Position numbers and translations under genes: made by a program. Source: an uncultured bacterium (GTDB lineage Bacteria; Muiribacteriota; UBA9980). From it: a stretch of DNA of 64,000 nt. Below are positions 44,551 through 53,988 of the stretch, piece after piece. The notes below the pieces were generated by a model. The model was not told the DNA's origin, ran no database searches, and worked only from the letters and a program-made list of their open reading frames with translations. Each line of letters starts with the position of its first letter. Within the stretch, counting starts at the first letter, position 1. Location: the NCBI GenBank assembly GCA_964551445.1, contig CAZKCG010000014.1:38689-102688 (forward strand), read 5' to 3'.

Positions 44551-45906
44551 ATGGCAAAAACAAAGAAAGAACTAATAGCCGAATCTCAAAAATGGCTCGA
44601 TAGAATATCAGATAAAAATTTAACCCGCAAGAAACGGCAAACTATCATAACGGAAACAGTGGATAATTTCAAAAGCTATTACAACCGCGGATATCTCGAA
44701 TACAGGAAATCAGTGACGGAGGCCGGCGATTACTCGGCGGTGGAATGGACCGGGCGCGGTTCATACTTCACGGACATCCTCGGCAGAAAATACCTGGACC
44801 TCTTAGGCGGATTCGGAATATATTCGGCCGGACTGCGTCATCCGAAGATAGTAAAGGCCGTCCGCGACCAGCTTTCAAGGATGCCGCTGTCATCACAGGA
44901 GCTTTTAGATCCGCTGCGCGGAGCACTTTCGAAACTTCTGGGCGAGATCGCTCCCGGCGATCTGCAGTACAGCTTTTTCATAAACAACGGAACGGACGCT
45001 GTGGAAGGCGCGATGAAGCTCGCGCGTTTATATACCGGCAAGTCAGGTTTCATATCGTTTTTAAAGGGATTCCACGGCAAATCATACGGTTCGCTGTCGC
45101 TTATGGGTAAGGCGGAGTTCCGCGTGCCTTTCGAGCCTCTGCTTCAGGACGTTTATTTCGTGCCTTACGGCGACGCGACTGCTGTCGAGCAGGAATTGCA
45201 GCGCGCGAAGGACGTCGGGTTCGACATAGCGGCGGTCGTCGCCGAGCCTGTCCAGGGCGAGGCGGGGGCGATAGTTCCGCCACCCGATTTTTTCCCGAGG
45301 CTTAGAAAGATCTGCGACGATTTCGGCGTTCTTTTGATCGCTGACGAGGTCCAGACCGGGCTCGGACGCACAGGAAAACTTTTCGGCGTGAACCACTGGA
45401 ACATCTCACCCGATATAATGTGCCTCGGAAAAGCTCTCGGCGGAGGAGTAATGCCGTTATCAGCGTTCATCTCGTCGCCCAAGATCTGGAAGGTGCTGGA
45501 ACCCAATCCGTTCATACACTCATCCACTTTCGGCGGGAATCCGCTGGCCTGCGCCGCTGGAATAGCCGCTATAAACGTTACATTGAAGGACAGTCTCGCT
45601 GAAAAGGCGGCTAAATCAGGAAAATATCTGATGGGCGAACTGAAAACCATTCAGAACGAATATTCGGAATATATAATAGACGTCCGCGGGCTCGGACTTT
45701 TAATAGGCATAGAATTCATAGATTCGGAATTCGGTTACGCCGTAGCGGCCGGCCTTTTTAAGCGCGGGATACTGGTGGCGGGAACGCTTTTGAATTCCAA
45801 AACCATAAGAATAGAACCGGCGCTCGACATATCGAAAAAAGCGCAGGATTTCTTTTTAGCTGAATTCCATACTACGCTCAAATCCATAATAAAAAAAGGC
45901 TGGTAG
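44551..45906 (+). CDS. patA: Putrescine aminotransferase (class-III PLP aminotransferase, PatA/YgjG-like)
   Basis: Strong collinear similarity to E. coli YgjG (YLEYRKSVTEAGDYSAVEW vs FLEYRKSVTAGGDYGAVEW; LIADEVQTGLGRTGKLF; PLP lysine in LGKALGGGVMP; TFGGNPLACAA). RBS AAGAGG. Confidence 0.85.
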   Translation: MAKTKKELIAESQKWLDRISDKNLTRKKRQTIITETVDNFKSYYNRGYLEYRKSVTEAGDYSAVEWTGRGSYFTDILGRKYLDLLGGFGIYSAGLRHPKIVKAVRDQLSRMPLSSQELLDPLRGALSKLLGEIAPGDLQYSFFINNGTDAVEGAMKLARLYTGKSGFISFLKGFHGKSYGSLSLMGKAEFRVPFEPLLQDVYFVPYGDATAVEQELQRAKDVGFDIAAVVAEPVQGEAGAIVPPPDFFPRLRKICDDFGVLLIADEVQTGLGRTGKLFGVNHWNISPDIMCLGKALGGGVMPLSAFISSPKIWKVLEPNPFIHSSTFGGNPLACAAGIAAINVTLKDSLAEKAAKSGKYLMGELKTIQNEYSEYIIDVRGLGLLIGIEFIDSEFGYAVAAGLFKRGILVAGTLLNSKTIRIEPALDISKKAQDFFLAEFHTTLKSIIKKGW

Positions 45907-45914
45907 AAAAGATC

Positions 45915-47078
45915 TTATTTAATGATGTTCTTTAAACCGTCCACGCCGCTTATTATCTCTTTCGAGTTGGCTATGACGCTGCTCGCGCAGATAACGAGCG
46001 GCGCGATGAAGGTGGACACGAACTTTATCATGTTGTTTATGTCCAGAGGCCAGACGGGCATCTTAGCTACTATGCCGTGAAGGTTTTCAACCATTATTAT
46101 CTCGTCGGCCGACTCCATGTCGAAGATCCCTGATACGGCGACCTTTTCCTGAAGTTTAGCGTAATAAAAATTAGACGTGCGTTCGAGCCTTTCGAGCGCC
46201 TCTTTTTTTACCTTCTTCATTTTAACGTGCGCTCCGTAAAGCGAGGCCCAGAAAAGGAAGAAAGAGAATATATAAAAAATGATATATACCATGAAAAATT
46301 TGCGCGAGAACGGATCGAAGATAAAAAGCGCGGTGAAATAAAGCATGACGAGTATCAAAAAATAGTTGACCGCCATGGCGAGTGAACCGATGTCCTTGAG
46401 GCCGCCCGCGTGGTCAGGATGCATGGGTTTTATTTTTATGTCGAAGGCGACGGCGCGCTGAATGAACCATATGGTAACGACGCATTTATAAACGACGGTG
46501 AGTATCATCGCGAAATTTATAAGGACCAGGACCGCCCCGTAAACGCCCGTCGTGCCCGCGGCTATTCCGAGCCATGAGTTCTCTCTCAGGAAAAAAACGT
46601 ATAAACTTATGATTGCCGCGCTGACAAGCGAAAAATACTGAACGAAAGGCTTGTTGTAGATCCTGTCGAATTCTTTTAAAAGGCTTTTATATGAAAGGAT
46701 ATCTTCTTCGAGGATTATGTCGTTCTTTAAAAGCGATTCGCTGACCCGGCGTATCTTGTTGTAAAGATTGGTGATAAGGCCGGCGCCGATAGGCGCTAAA
46801 AGCCCGATCGAAAGATTGTCGATATGATACAGATACATCGGTTTAAGACCGTTACCGCCGTAAAATTGGCCGGCCAGATAACCTATCATGTAAAGCGCTC
46901 CGAATGAAAGAAAAAAATAAATGAATCCCGCGGCGAAAGCGTTATCGCCGGATAATTTAGACAGCACCTTATATATCGGGTCATGCCGGAACGCCTTTAT
47001 TGGCGACATTTCATGGGCGGAGCAGGCCGGTTCGAGCCTTATTGAATTGACGGCGTTTTTATCTTCCATATTTTCCAT
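45915..47078 (-). CDS. Hypothetical polytopic membrane protein
   Basis: About 8 hydrophobic helices. Convergent with patA, with only an 8-bp gap. Confidence 0.5.
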   Translation of the reverse strand: MENMEDKNAVNSIRLEPACSAHEMSPIKAFRHDPIYKVLSKLSGDNAFAAGFIYFFLSFGALYMIGYLAGQFYGGNGLKPMYLYHIDNLSIGLLAPIGAGLITNLYNKIRRVSESLLKNDIILEEDILSYKSLLKEFDRIYNKPFVQYFSLVSAAIISLYVFFLRENSWLGIAAGTTGVYGAVLVLINFAMILTVVYKCVVTIWFIQRAVAFDIKIKPMHPDHAGGLKDIGSLAMAVNYFLILVMLYFTALFIFDPFSRKFFMVYIIFYIFSFFLFWASLYGAHVKMKKVKKEALERLERTSNFYYAKLQEKVAVSGIFDMESADEIIMVENLHGIVAKMPVWPLDINNMIKFVSTFIAPLVICASSVIANSKEIISGVDGLKNIIK

Positions 47079-47609
47079 CCGTGTATTTTTAAGCTAATTA
47101 TACCATAACGCCGGCGCCTCATGCAAATCAAATTTAATAACGAACTTTATTTTATTCGTTCGGACCGCTTAATATAAACCAGGATAAAAAAACAAACCGG
47201 AAACATTCAATAACTATATCCGCAACAGATGATAATAAGCTGCCGTGTCATTACGAGCGGTATGCATCAATCTCGTTGTAACTTAAACAGACCGCTTCGC
47301 CGTCACACTACAGGCAATAACAAATTATTTCAGTCGCCTGATATATATACCGGTTTCAATACTTCCCAAAACGGCGCAAGATCTTTCAAATGCTATATAC
47401 TCAAGGAATACTCCACACGGCAAAACTTCATTTTCATTATCCCGCCGTCGTTATATTATTTTGTTTTTTTGGTGTGAAAAAAAATTTTTTTAGTGTATAA
47501 TGTTCTGCGGCCAAAAGATTTTTTACGCCGTCGGTTTTATACCATTGAGCTGATACCGCTTCAGCTTTCGATTTACTTTTAATTATGATACGAGAGGTAT
47601 TTTTAAGAT

Positions 47610-48839
47610 ATGATCAAAAGCCATAGAAAATCGCCGTTTAATTATATTCCGGCAGCCATTGCGTTACTTGTCCTTCTCATTGCGCTCCCGGCATTCGCCG
47701 GCGAACCTGACAGCGTTCCCGTAATAATAAAAAGGGTGCAGCGCTCGATAGTATATATAACGACCTTCAATGAAAAGAACGACCAGGTCGGATTCGGCAG
47801 CGGGTTTTTCACCGGCGGCACATGCGAGGTCGCGACCAACTTTCACGTTATGCAGGGCTGTACGAGCGCCGAAGTAAAGCTTTTCGACGGAAGCATCTTT
47901 CCCGTGGCGGGATCGCTCGCCGACGATAAAGAAAACGACGTTATGCGAATTAAAATAGACATGCCTCGCGAAAAAGCGCCGGCGCTTAAAATAACCGGAA
48001 ATATCCCCGAGATCGGCGAACGCGTCGTCGTTATCGGAAATCCCATGGGCCTTGAACAGACTGCATCCGACGGCATTGTCGCCGCCGTCAGGAACGACCG
48101 GGAGAATGGAAATGTAATACAGATAACGGCACCCATATCTTCAGGTTCAAGCGGAAGCCCTGTTTTTAATATGAGCGGCGAAGTTATCGGCATAGCGGTC
48201 TCAGCCATGATCGAAGGGCAGAATCTTAATTTCGCGGTGCCTGGAAAATTTATAACGGAACTCGTTTCACAAAAAAAACCTTTGCCTCTCGCCGAATGGC
48301 GCACATTCAATTCGGGCGAATGCCGCAAGAACTACTGCGAAGGACTTGGCCACGTCTGGCTCGACAATAACGAAAAAGCCCTCGAATATTTCAAAAAAGC
48401 TTACGCCATCGATTCCGACGATACAAGCACCATATTTTATCTGGGATATTGCAACGTAATGCTTGGAAATTCTGACGAGGCTATCGAAGCGTATGAAAAA
48501 GCCTCGGAATTAGAACCGGAAGATCCGGCGATACTTCTGGCGCTCGGCGAGGCTTATTATAACGCGGACAAGCTCGACGAAGCGGTTAAAGCTCTTAAAA
48601 AATCGATACAATACTCGGACAAGGACTATCCCGAAGCCCACTATGATCTCGGCCTTGTTTATATCCAGATGAAGGATCCGGAAGCGGCGGCGGCGGAATT
48701 GAAAAAACTGAAAAAACTCGACGCGAGCCTTGGCGAGGAACTTTCCGCGGAGATCAAAAAAGCATTCAAAGCCGGTGAAAAAAAAGGAGGCTCGGAACCG
48801 TTTGAAAAAGCCCCGCCGCGTCCGGGAAGGTCCGAATAA
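47610..48839 (+). CDS. Trypsin-like (S1) serine peptidase fused to C-terminal TPR repeats; secreted
   Basis: Signal peptide. Catalytic triad context H (ATNFHVM), D (ENDVMRIKI), S (GSSGSPVF). C-terminal TPR-like helices (…AIEAYEKASELEPEDPAILLALGEAYY…). Extended -10 TGTATAAT at about 47503-47510 upstream. Confidence 0.75.
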   Translation: MIKSHRKSPFNYIPAAIALLVLLIALPAFAGEPDSVPVIIKRVQRSIVYITTFNEKNDQVGFGSGFFTGGTCEVATNFHVMQGCTSAEVKLFDGSIFPVAGSLADDKENDVMRIKIDMPREKAPALKITGNIPEIGERVVVIGNPMGLEQTASDGIVAAVRNDRENGNVIQITAPISSGSSGSPVFNMSGEVIGIAVSAMIEGQNLNFAVPGKFITELVSQKKPLPLAEWRTFNSGECRKNYCEGLGHVWLDNNEKALEYFKKAYAIDSDDTSTIFYLGYCNVMLGNSDEAIEAYEKASELEPEDPAILLALGEAYYNADKLDEAVKALKKSIQYSDKDYPEAHYDLGLVYIQMKDPEAAAAELKKLKKLDASLGEELSAEIKKAFKAGEKKGGSEPFEKAPPRPGRSE

Positions 48840-48860
48840 AAACCTTGTAATGGTTTCTCT

Positions 48861-50771
48861 TTACCTTAATCTGAATATCATGGCGCCGAAAGGCGAAAGC
48901 TTGATATGAATTTCATCCTCTTTCAGCAAAGCCGTATTTTGGCCTTGCTGACTTTTTATAAATTCAGCTGAATCAAAGAGCGTTTGAAGTTTCGATCCCG
49001 CTTTTAAAAGAAAAAGTTCCTGTTTTATGATCCCGAACTCGATGCTTTTTTTAGAATTATTAAAACATGACACTACGGTTTCGTTCATATGCTTTCTGAA
49101 AAAGCAGAACATACCGCCTTCGGCGCGAAGGACCCTCATTCCGCCATACGCCAGCGCTTTTTCTTCTTTGCGTATCTTTATAAGGAGCTTGTAAGCGTTC
49201 TTAAGCGCGCCGTTCTGTTTCTTCTCATCCCATTGCATACTGGCGCGGCAGCCGGGATCGCCCGTGCCGGATAAACCGATCTCGTCGCCGTAAAAGACGG
49301 ACGGAATACCGGGAAAGCTGAACTGAAAAGACACCGCCATGAGTATTTTCGCAACATCATTATTCAACAGCGAATTATGCCTCGAAATATCATGCGAAGA
49401 GAGCTGGTTATACATTATATTAGCGTGCGCCCCCGGGATCTTGGCGTAAACGTCCATCAGCCAGTCGCGAAAAGCGCATATATCGATATTATTGGGATGG
49501 CCGCGGTGGTCCCGGCCCGAAAAATAATCGATGACCGGAAAAGTAAAGCCATGGTAGTTCATTACCGAGTCCATGGAAGTTCCGTCCAGCATATCGTTAC
49601 AGTCAAAGAAGTTCTCGGCCAGAATGAAAGCTTCCGGATTATATTTTTTTATGCTTTTACGCATCTGGCGTAAAACTTCCATATTATTGCGCGCGCTTCC
49701 GCCTTCTCCTATCATGTGCGCCACGTCCAGGCGGTACCCGTCGATACAATACGGCTCGCGAAGCCATTTGGCGGCCGCCGATCTCTCCGAGGCGTAAATA
49801 TATTCGCGCAATTCGCCGGACGCGTAATCGAGCTTTGGAAGATTCCCGTTGCCGAGCCAGCAAGCGTATTTTTTTCTGCGGGCGTCGTAAAAAGTAAAAA
49901 AACGGACGAAGGGTTCTTCTCCTTTTTGGGCCTTTTTGAACTCATCGCATGAAAAGCCGGAATGATTATACACGGCGTCGAGTACGACCTTTATTCCGGC
50001 CTTCCCGGCTTCTTTCATAAACCTTTCGAAAGCCTCGTTACCGCCGAGCAGCGGATCCACTTCGAAAAAATCCTGCGTATCGTACCTGTGATTGCTCGGA
50101 GATTTCAGCACCGGAGTGAAATAAATGGCGTTTATGCCGAGGTCTTTGAGATATCCAAGTTTTTGAGCCGCGCCGTTAAGCGTTCCGAAATAAAACTCAT
50201 AGCCGCATGAAGCCGGGTCCGGCGTTTCGCCCCATTTTTTAAGCGACGGTTTTATATCGCGGAAATAGGTCTTGCGCCTGCCGTATAACGCCTCAAACTT
50301 TTTTTGCATCGCTTTCCCGTCGGAATATTCTTCCGGAGAAAAGCCGTGCCAGAACCTGTCGGGAAATATCTGATAAAAAACCGAACGGGCAAGCCATTTG
50401 GGCGCGTCAAAATCCGCCGTCACCTTGAAATCAAAATAATCGTTAGGATGGTGGCCGAAAACGCCGCGTGAATTGAGCCAGTATATAGCGGTTTTAGTAT
50501 ATATCTTAAATCTTATATTCGTTATTTTTTTAAGGACGGGGATCTCGCCGGAAAACACTGCGTAGCCGTTCAGCCTTTTCGTTATAGCGGTTTTAGCGGG
50601 ATACTCCTCGTTGTCGCATGTCGTTCTTATGCGCACGTCGGTGATGTCGTCGAGAAGGCTTTCGGCGGCGTAAAGCCTGATCTTTATCTTCTTTCCGATG
50701 GAAGGATTTTCCGGAGTGACGCACGATTTCGTAGTGTCGAAATAAAGGCCTGAATATAATTTTTTGATCAA
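48861..50771 (-). CDS. Glycoside hydrolase family 13 enzyme (alpha-amylase / neopullulanase-like)
   Basis: GH13 conserved regions: GINAIYFTPV, GYRLDVAHM (catalytic nucleophile Asp), FILAENF (acid/base Glu), …SSHD. N-terminal extra domain. TTG start with RBS AAAGGA. Confidence 0.8.
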   Translation of the reverse strand: MIKKLYSGLYFDTTKSCVTPENPSIGKKIKIRLYAAESLLDDITDVRIRTTCDNEEYPAKTAITKRLNGYAVFSGEIPVLKKITNIRFKIYTKTAIYWLNSRGVFGHHPNDYFDFKVTADFDAPKWLARSVFYQIFPDRFWHGFSPEEYSDGKAMQKKFEALYGRRKTYFRDIKPSLKKWGETPDPASCGYEFYFGTLNGAAQKLGYLKDLGINAIYFTPVLKSPSNHRYDTQDFFEVDPLLGGNEAFERFMKEAGKAGIKVVLDAVYNHSGFSCDEFKKAQKGEEPFVRFFTFYDARRKKYACWLGNGNLPKLDYASGELREYIYASERSAAAKWLREPYCIDGYRLDVAHMIGEGGSARNNMEVLRQMRKSIKKYNPEAFILAENFFDCNDMLDGTSMDSVMNYHGFTFPVIDYFSGRDHRGHPNNIDICAFRDWLMDVYAKIPGAHANIMYNQLSSHDISRHNSLLNNDVAKILMAVSFQFSFPGIPSVFYGDEIGLSGTGDPGCRASMQWDEKKQNGALKNAYKLLIKIRKEEKALAYGGMRVLRAEGGMFCFFRKHMNETVVSCFNNSKKSIEFGIIKQELFLLKAGSKLQTLFDSAEFIKSQQGQNTALLKEDEIHIKLSPFGAMIFRLR

Positions 50772-50945
50772 AGCGGTATCATCCTTTCAAAATATAGCCG
50801 CCTGCGAAGCCAGGATGGCAGATCGGCGTTAACCCCATAGTTTAATCGTGTTACAACCCCTGAATGCGGTCTTAATCTTTCGATATAATAATTCTAAGTT
50901 ATCTGAAACGCTTTCGGCGCAGATATCAAATCCGGCTAATTATAC

Positions 50946-50974
50946 TTGAAATTTATATTTTTTTAAAGTATAAT
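50946..50974 (+). promoter_or_regulatory. Near-consensus sigma70 promoter TTGAAA-17 bp-TATAAT
   Basis: TTGAAA at 50946-50951 and TATAAT at 50969-50974, about 40 nt upstream of the 51013 start (RBS AAGGTGAT). Confidence 0.6.
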
Positions 50975-51012
50975 CAATATAAATATTCTAAGTTTTAAAA
51001 GGTGATATAAAA

Positions 51013-52791
51013 ATGAATAAAAAGTTGTTGTGGTTCCCCGTCATAGCGTCACTCATTTTATTAACGGCGGCCGTCCAAAATTGTTCCGCCGAAACCGGAA
51101 AGACCGCCGAACTCGAGCTTATACAGCAGGGGATCGACGCCGGAAACGATCTTTACATCGCGGAACAGCCTGAAAACGCCCTTAAAACATTTGAGGAGAT
51201 ACTTCCAGCCTCGAAAAAATCAGACGTCAGGGAATATTTGAGGGTGCTCGTTTATATCATGCGTATCCAGTATGAACAGGGAGATACCCAGGATGGCGAA
51301 AAGACCCGGACCAGGATAGACCGTGAAATTATAAAGATAAAAGACCCCGAATTTATAAAGAACCTCTTTATGGCCAGGGCGTCGATATACGCCAACGCCC
51401 AGAAATTCGACGAAGCCCAGGCCGACATAAAAAGATCGCTCAGGTCGCGCGAAAGCATGGAGAATCTTCTGACCGCGGCCATGATCGCCGCGCGCTTCCA
51501 GAAGAAAGACGACGCGTACAAGCTTTTGGACCGGGCTTTCTCCGGGAAAGATATGGCCGGCGAGACGCTCGAAGGGCTTATCATGAAAAACATAACGGCC
51601 GCTATAATATGTCTCGGCCTCGAGGACATGGACAGCGCCAGGACCTACATAGACTTCGTCATTGAAAATCTCCACAAAACAGTTGATAACAGTTATTTTT
51701 TATATGTTTACAAATCGCTTTTAAACAATATTTTTTCGTTTTTCGAGCACAGTCCGGCAAATATCGATTATTATGAAAAGATCTATAAAATGGCGATCGA
51801 AAAAGAAAATAAAAAATCGGCCGGCGAAATGTGCATAAATATCGCAAGTATCCTTGCGGGGGCCGGAGCTCGCGACGCGGCTGCTGAAAAACTCAACGAG
51901 GCTTTGAAACTTCTGGATATTGAAGGCCGGACCATCGACGCCAACGTGTCTTACGAAACGATCGAACACATGAACAAGATCGCGGCCGCGCTCATGAGAT
52001 GCGGCGAATATAAAAAGGCAGCGGCTCTTTTTGAAAGCATGACGATGGTTTATGAAAAGAAAGGCAACTTAAAAGACAGTTTCGAAAAAATAAGAAAACT
52101 CTCGTACTGCAAATTCAGAGCGAAACAATCTTTCTGGCGCCCGCTTATGGAAGAATTAATGAAAACGGCCGCCGAAACTCATGAAACGCTCGAACTGCTT
52201 CTTACCCAGAACGCTCTCGGCGAAGCGCTTTTAGAAACCGGGGAAAACGGCCTCGCTTATAAATACTTCGATCAGGTCTTCGAGGCCATCGATTCAAAAA
52301 AACCGGACGACTGCCCGTCTTCCGAATACGCGGAATTATATTTCAGCTCGATCTATAATCTTATAAGAGTTGCGGCCGCCGGCGGAAATACCGAAAAGGC
52401 GCTCAACCTCATCAGCAAATATGAGCAACTATACGAAAAATATAAAACTCAGAACCAGACTAAAAAGAAAAAGACCGGGAAAAGATCCGATTCGATAAAA
52501 AATTTCGTCGTTATAGTTGAATTCTCGGTATCGGAGATATCGTCCACAAGCGGAAAAGTCAAGCTTGAAAAAGCCCGTATCATGAAAGCGATGAATGAGA
52601 ACGAAGAGGCTTTCAAAGCTGCCGTCGAGGCCTCCGAGCTTCTGAAGAAAGGCGAAAGTTCAGCCGAACTTCTGGAAGCGGCCGGGATCGCGGCGTCCTT
52701 TGAAAAATTCAAGAATTTGCCCGAAGCTAAAAAGTTAGCCGGAATAGCTTCTAAATATAAAGAGATCAAAGACAGGTATTCCACAAAATAG
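51013..52791 (+). CDS. Secreted alpha-helical (TPR-like) repeat protein; function unknown
   Basis: Signal peptide (MNKKLLWFPVIASLILLTAAVQNCSA). Helical repeat character throughout. Confidence 0.5.
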   Translation: MNKKLLWFPVIASLILLTAAVQNCSAETGKTAELELIQQGIDAGNDLYIAEQPENALKTFEEILPASKKSDVREYLRVLVYIMRIQYEQGDTQDGEKTRTRIDREIIKIKDPEFIKNLFMARASIYANAQKFDEAQADIKRSLRSRESMENLLTAAMIAARFQKKDDAYKLLDRAFSGKDMAGETLEGLIMKNITAAIICLGLEDMDSARTYIDFVIENLHKTVDNSYFLYVYKSLLNNIFSFFEHSPANIDYYEKIYKMAIEKENKKSAGEMCINIASILAGAGARDAAAEKLNEALKLLDIEGRTIDANVSYETIEHMNKIAAALMRCGEYKKAAALFESMTMVYEKKGNLKDSFEKIRKLSYCKFRAKQSFWRPLMEELMKTAAETHETLELLLTQNALGEALLETGENGLAYKYFDQVFEAIDSKKPDDCPSSEYAELYFSSIYNLIRVAAAGGNTEKALNLISKYEQLYEKYKTQNQTKKKKTGKRSDSIKNFVVIVEFSVSEISSTSGKVKLEKARIMKAMNENEEAFKAAVEASELLKKGESSAELLEAAGIAASFEKFKNLPEAKKLAGIASKYKEIKDRYSTK

Positions 52792-52816
52792 CATAATAAT
52801 GGGTATTCCCTTACAT

Positions 52817-52852
52817 AAAAAGAGCCGCCATTATAAGGGCGGCTCTTTTTAT
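52817..52852. terminator. Bidirectional intrinsic terminator shared by convergent genes
   Basis: AAAAAGAGCCGCC-attataa-GGGCGGCTCTTTTTAT, with T-tracts on both strands. Confidence 0.75.
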
Positions 52853-52878
52853 GTATTCAAATGAACTGAAGTTTAAAT

Positions 52879-53886
52879 CTAAATGCTGACCTTTCCGTAT
52901 TTCATGGCGATAACGCCCCAGGTAAGCCCTCCGCCGAATCCGGCAAGAAGAACGGTCGAACCCTGTTTTATTCTGCCCTGCTGAAGGGCTTCGTGTATGC
53001 ATATCGGAATGGTCGCGGCGACGGTGTTTCCGTATTTATCGAGATTTATGAAGAATTTTTCCATCGGGCAGCCGAATTTTTTGGCGGCCGATTCGATGAT
53101 CCTGATGTTGGCCTGATGCGGTATTATAAGGTCGACGTCATCTAATTTCATGTTGTTTCTGGTAAGCACCTGTTCGATCATGTCGCCGACGATCTTGGTG
53201 GAGAACTTAAATACTTCCTTGCCGTTGATCTTGACGAAATGGAGCCGTTCCTCAACCGTTTTTACGGTAGTGGGCATGCTGGATCCGCCGGCCGGTATCA
53301 TGATATGGTCCGCTCCGCCGCCGTCAGCGCCGAGCAGCACGTCGAAGACGCCTTCTTCTTCATTGGTCGATACGCCGAAAACTACCGCGCCCGCGCCGTC
53401 TCCGAATAGAACGCAGGTGTTTCTGTCCGTGAAATCTATCACTTTTGAAAGGATGTCGGCGCCGATAACGAGCGCGTAATCATACATTCCGGTGGCTATG
53501 AAGTTTTTCGCCAGAGTGCTCGCGTAAACGAACCCCGAGCAGGCCACTTCTACGTCGAAAGCGGCGGCGTTCTTGCAGCCGAGTTTATGCTGGATTATGC
53601 ATGCGGTGGATGAGATAGGCCTGTCAGGAGTGAAAGTGGCGAGAATTATGACGCCTATCTGATCGGGCGTGACCCCCGCGTTTTTCATGGCCATCTGCGC
53701 CGCGGGAACGGCGAGGTCCGAAAGCGTCTGATCCGCTTCAACGATACGGCGTTCTTTTATGCCGGATCTGGTTATTATCCATTCGTCGGTAGTATCCACC
53801 ATTTTTTCAAGATCCGCGTTCGTCAGCCTTTTTTCGGGCAGGCACATTCCTGTGCCGATTATATTAGCTTTTCTTAATGTTTGCAT
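52879..53886 (-). CDS. fabH: 3-oxoacyl-[ACP] synthase III (FabH)
   Basis: FabH signatures (…IIGTGMCLPE…, active-site Cys in AFDVEVACSGFVYA, …IPHQANIRII…, …GNTVAATIPI…). True start is the ATG encoding MQTLRK (complement 53884-53886) with GGAGG 9 nt upstream. The ORF-track upstream ATG overlaps the SD. Confidence 0.9.
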   Translation of the reverse strand: MQTLRKANIIGTGMCLPEKRLTNADLEKMVDTTDEWIITRSGIKERRIVEADQTLSDLAVPAAQMAMKNAGVTPDQIGVIILATFTPDRPISSTACIIQHKLGCKNAAAFDVEVACSGFVYASTLAKNFIATGMYDYALVIGADILSKVIDFTDRNTCVLFGDGAGAVVFGVSTNEEEGVFDVLLGADGGGADHIMIPAGGSSMPTTVKTVEERLHFVKINGKEVFKFSTKIVGDMIEQVLTRNNMKLDDVDLIIPHQANIRIIESAAKKFGCPMEKFFINLDKYGNTVAATIPICIHEALQQGRIKQGSTVLLAGFGGGLTWGVIAMKYGKVSI

Positions 53887-53988
53887 TATTGATAACCTCC
53901 GCATAAATTATAAAAGAAAATTTACTGGATTATACATAAATTTGAAAATAATGTCAAGAAAGTTGAAGCCTATCTTGCAAAAAAGATA

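Noticed and set aside
53887-53904. Longer FabH N-terminus (MRRLSI…) given by the ORF track
   Set aside because: The upstream ATG overlaps the GGAGG Shine-Dalgarno. The second ATG (MQTLRK…) has ideal spacing and matches typical FabH N-termini.
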